64,000 bases of DNA from Minisyncoccota bacterium (GTDB lineage: Bacteria > Patescibacteriota > Minisyncoccia > JAHIHE01 > JAGLIN01), in NCBI GenBank assembly GCA_041661265.1, contig JBAZUT010000002.1:12316-76315 (forward strand), given 5' to 3'. The notes beneath the pieces are model-generated. The model was given only the letters and a program-made list of their open reading frames with translations, was not told the DNA's origin and did not search any database. Positions 60,797 through 64,000 of the stretch are shown in pieces. The number at the start of each line of letters is the position of its first letter. Position 1 is the stretch's first letter. Position numbers and translations under genes: made by a program.

Positions 60797-61453
60797 CTAA
60801 GCTTTTTTTCTTCTGTATAATTTATGTTCTTTTATATATTCGATCACTCTCGGATCAACCAGCCCGTCAATCGGCCTATCTTCCGAAACGAGCCGCCGTA
60901 TCAGAGTCCCCGAACCGACAAGACCCTCGATCTCGATCACCTCGGAATGCGGAGGCAAGTCGTCCGGCTTCGCTTCATATCCCGGTCTCATAATGATCAA
61001 AAAATTCAGATTGTTCCATATTTCCGGCCCCTTGTTCCAAGCGGCCTGAATTTCGGAATTATTCCTGCATCCTCCGGCTATCAGATCCTCGCCGATGAGA
61101 TGCCAGATCTCGGCATTGGGATGAAGTTCCTGATATTTTTCCTGAACAAGATATGTCGGCGTAAATATATTATTTTCCAGATCATCGAGATCAAGCCTGA
61201 CCCTGGGAATATTCTCAAACGCTATCTTCGCCATTTCCATCCTGTCATGGATCGAGGTCTCATTCGTTGTCGATTTGTCCTCGCGGAAACCGCATGGGAT
61301 CACATAGACAAAATCAAATAATTTTGTAAGTTCCATCGCGATTATCTGGTGCGGTATATGCGGAGGATTCATGCTTCCTCCGACGATCACCACCCTTTCT
61401 TTTCCTTTGCGTCTATACAATTCATTCACCTCTTTAATACACGATAAAATCAC
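60797..61453 (-). CDS. NadD-like nucleotidyltransferase
   Basis: GGSMNPPHIPH (HIGH variant), IGED, SGTLIR, VIEYIKEHKLY. Confidence 0.8.
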   Translation of the reverse strand: MILSCIKEVNELYRRKGKERVVIVGGSMNPPHIPHQIIAMELTKLFDFVYVIPCGFREDKSTTNETSIHDRMEMAKIAFENIPRVRLDLDDLENNIFTPTYLVQEKYQELHPNAEIWHLIGEDLIAGGCRNNSEIQAAWNKGPEIWNNLNFLIIMRPGYEAKPDDLPPHSEVIEIEGLVGSGTLIRRLVSEDRPIDGLVDPRVIEYIKEHKLYRRKKA

Positions 61454-61647
61454 CTTTTAAAAGAACTTTTTTCTTCATTGCGCTTCCGACAATATCCGTT
61501 TAATGAATATTGACCTTCAAATATAGGACTTCTATCCTATATTGTCAAGCTCAAAAACGTCATCAGACACCCCTATTCCAAACCCCTGAAATAATGTGCT
61601 TTCATGGCTGATCCGGCCAATGAACATTTAAAAAAATCCGCTTGTTT

Positions 61648-62568
61648 TTAAGCAGGATTATTGTTTGTTCTGTTTTGATATTGTCTCATCACTGAAATAG
61701 CTCTTTCGAATATTGCCATCCTCGAGCTCAGACCGTCGCTCAGCATGAACGATCTGAAACCGATCGATTCAAGATAGCGAAGGCTCAAAAGGTCTTGCAT
61801 GGAAACTGTTTCGCTTCTTTCCAAAGAGGTCAGAATGCGGGACGCGGCTATCGCATCGGGATCGCTTTTGATGACAAGATCAAGTGCATCGAAAATTTCG
61901 GTCTTATCATCCCCGATGTTTATATATCCGTCATCAGACGCAAAGATCAATCTGACATTCCGCTTCAGTGCGGGATATTCCCTCCTGACGAATTCCAGGC
62001 CCTTCTGGGATTCTATTTTCAGATAGATCTCGGCCTTCGGATCGAGAGCCAGGACATCCGAAATATCGGACATCTCTTCGACAAAAGAAAGCATGTATTT
62101 ATGCACTCCAAGCTCCGCTGCCGCATTGATATATTCAACATCTTCCGGCGTCAGATATTCGAATATCTTCAGATTATTGCCATGTATGTTCACGGCCTGC
62201 CCTTCCCCAAGAGCTTCTCTCGGGTCCGGATCCACATAGATCACTTTTCCGGAGATGATCCTTATTTCCGACTCGTCGCCTCCCCGGAATATGATCTTTG
62301 CGGGAAGGTCCACACTGAACTCATGATTTAGTTCGATGTTCCCGAATGGAGGAATGGTCCACTTGGCAACGCGCAGCTGCCGTCCTTTCACATCGATAAA
62401 CAATGTCCTGTCGCCGATGATCGACAACACGGCCTCGATCGCTTCCTTTGCGCTTTTATATTGATTCTTTGCTCCGATATTCAACCTGACCCCATCCACA
62501 AGATCATCGCTCAAAACTCTTTCAACGAGATCCTCTTTATAGAGAGCCGGTAACGTTACTATTAGCAT
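61648..62568 (-). CDS. Pyruvate-kinase-like barrel protein lacking the C domain
   Basis: IVTLP, VRLN, IDVKGRQLR, LSFVE, LKIESQKG, MLSD. Confidence 0.7.
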   Translation of the reverse strand: MLIVTLPALYKEDLVERVLSDDLVDGVRLNIGAKNQYKSAKEAIEAVLSIIGDRTLFIDVKGRQLRVAKWTIPPFGNIELNHEFSVDLPAKIIFRGGDESEIRIISGKVIYVDPDPREALGEGQAVNIHGNNLKIFEYLTPEDVEYINAAAELGVHKYMLSFVEEMSDISDVLALDPKAEIYLKIESQKGLEFVRREYPALKRNVRLIFASDDGYINIGDDKTEIFDALDLVIKSDPDAIAASRILTSLERSETVSMQDLLSLRYLESIGFRSFMLSDGLSSRMAIFERAISVMRQYQNRTNNNPA

Positions 62569-62701
62569 ATCATCACCTCACAAAATTTTTCAATGTTCAC
62601 TTTCAAAGCTGATTCCCGCTTTGACAGATAATAATATATAAGTTCAATGCGGATGTCAAATATGCCGAGCCCGGACTTCCATTGACAGATATGCAAAAAG
62701 T

Positions 62702-62968
62702 ATGTTAGATTTCGCGTCATGGAGGAATGAGATGCAATATCTTATACAAACACTGAATTCGCTCTATGGATTGAAAATAGAAAAAGGCAAATTCACCATA
62801 GGCAAACTGATGAAGATAAACGAATCTCCGGCTGTTGACGTCGGAGACACCAAACAGGGAGACGAAATGGTCTTCGATCCGCACGGATGCATCAGCATCT
62901 TCAATAAAGGAGAATTCCAGCTTAGGACGAGCCCCGTAATAAACATGAATTTAGTTCAAACAAAATAA
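62702..62968 (+). CDS. Hypothetical protein
   Basis: TTGACA promoter-like site and GGAGG RBS; probable start at MQYLIQ. Confidence 0.55.
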   Translation: MLDFASWRNEMQYLIQTLNSLYGLKIEKGKFTIGKLMKINESPAVDVGDTKQGDEMVFDPHGCISIFNKGEFQLRTSPVINMNLVQTK

Positions 62969-63764
62969 AGCGCCGGCAAACGGCACTTTTTTTAAATTCA
63001 CGAGGTCCTTTTTTTCGATACGATCCAGGGTCAAACAATGCCATAAAAAAATAAGGAAAGTTCATTTCCTTACTGCGAAGCGGATGCTTCCTTTATTCTC
63101 GCTTTATAGATGTGCCATTTAGCAAATACAAAGATAATTATTCCAAATGCCGCCAATGTTTCTATCGATGTCACAAGCGCAGGCTTCAAGGTCTCAATTA
63201 CGACAGAGAATGCTATCCCCATGATTGCCAGCAAGGGAACTTCTCTTAATATTTTTTCAGAAACCTTCCTTCCCCGGATCTCAAGCACAGCAGGTACGAG
63301 CGCGATCAAGCTTATGGCGATCATGATTTGCTGCATTGAAGAAATATTTATTTCCCGATTGGCTATTATCTTCACAATATAGACCACCAGCAATATTACC
63401 GGAATCTCAATAGCCAGGTCGCTGCGCAGATTTGATAGGGGTATTTTTACACGCTGACTTCTGGAAATAAATTTTTTCTCCAGTCGTTCAAATTCACTCT
63501 TACCCTGAAGAGATGCGGGCAGTGCTCCGTGTCTTTTCTGAAAACACGTTCTCAGAACCTCTTTGTTATACTTCTCAATGAAAGTTTCCCTGCCTGCAAA
63601 CCATAACCCTATAACCGTAATAATTGCTATGGCTGCCAGTATATATCCGATCATATAAACTACCTCCATTGTTTATATACCATATTTATTACATAATGTC
63701 AAGATTTCAAGACCCAAAGCAACATCACAAAATAAAGCGCCGACAAACGGCACTTTTTTTAAAT
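62961..63764. repeat. 37-bp direct repeat (terminator-like) at 62961-62997 and 63728-63764
   Basis: CAAAATAAAGCGCCG(G/A)CAAACGGCACTTTTTTTAAAT. Confidence 0.8.
63070..63669 (-). CDS. Hypothetical membrane protein
   Basis: Five TM segments. Confidence 0.65.
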   Translation of the reverse strand: MEVVYMIGYILAAIAIITVIGLWFAGRETFIEKYNKEVLRTCFQKRHGALPASLQGKSEFERLEKKFISRSQRVKIPLSNLRSDLAIEIPVILLVVYIVKIIANREINISSMQQIMIAISLIALVPAVLEIRGRKVSEKILREVPLLAIMGIAFSVVIETLKPALVTSIETLAAFGIIIFVFAKWHIYKARIKEASASQ

Positions 63765-63813
63765 ATAGTCCGGCATCCCCAACCCGCCGGCATACACTAT
63801 GACATCCATCAAA

Positions 63814-64000
63814 CTATTGATCTCTTTTCTTCAATGCTTCCTCGACCTTGTTCTTATAAGCCTCGTCTATCTTTTTCCTCTGCTCATCAAGCTTTCTCTC
63901 ATTGATCCTTTCCAAAAGGCCTTCAAAAAGCTCGTTCTGCCTTTTGAAAAGCGCATCCATTTTTTTTATGAATCCATCAAACGCCTTTTTTGCCAAATTT
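63814..64000 (-). CDS. Hypothetical coiled-coil protein, 3' part
   Basis: ORF probably enters from the window edge. Confidence 0.45.
   Translation of the reverse strand, partial: NLAKKAFDGFIKKMDALFKRQNELFEGLLERINERKLDEQRKKIDEAYKNKVEEALKKRDQ

Noticed and set aside
56362-62568. Assigning purA, nadD, pyk or dnaJ symbols
   Set aside because: Motifs are divergent and the context suggests non-canonical paralogs.

Overview
Bacterial chromosomal window, probably from a Patescibacteria/CPR (Parcubacteria-like) genome. That assignment is inferred from gene content and style, not from a database search. The left half holds housekeeping genes (rpsL-rpsG, M50 protease, DedA, MgtE, tRNA-Pro, AMMECR1, priA, ino1, rpmA), an accessory block with a 2453-aa SpvB/FG-GAP/LamG/RHS polymorphic toxin plus immunity gene, a Y1 (RAYT-like) transposase, an ISAs1 element, two GIY-YIG nucleases each flanked by its own REP-like repeat family, and a degraded island at tRNA-Pro. 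The most unusual part is 41.8-62.6 kb, all on the minus strand. It contains a tandem array of 10 paralogous genes with a shared ~110-aa N-terminal domain, which resembles a stripped-down protein-kinase C-lobe, and swappable downstream domains. Nine of the ten are preceded by a conserved ~150-170-nt structured element: a variable-core hairpin, a covarying hairpin whose non-canonical pairs are G-T/G-U on the strand opposite the genes, a boxA-like motif and an RBS. The array directly follows a Ycf35/DUF2997/Ycf46-type AAA module. Further upstream lie atypical J-domain kinase, vWA, PurA-like, NadD-like and pyruvate-kinase-like genes.
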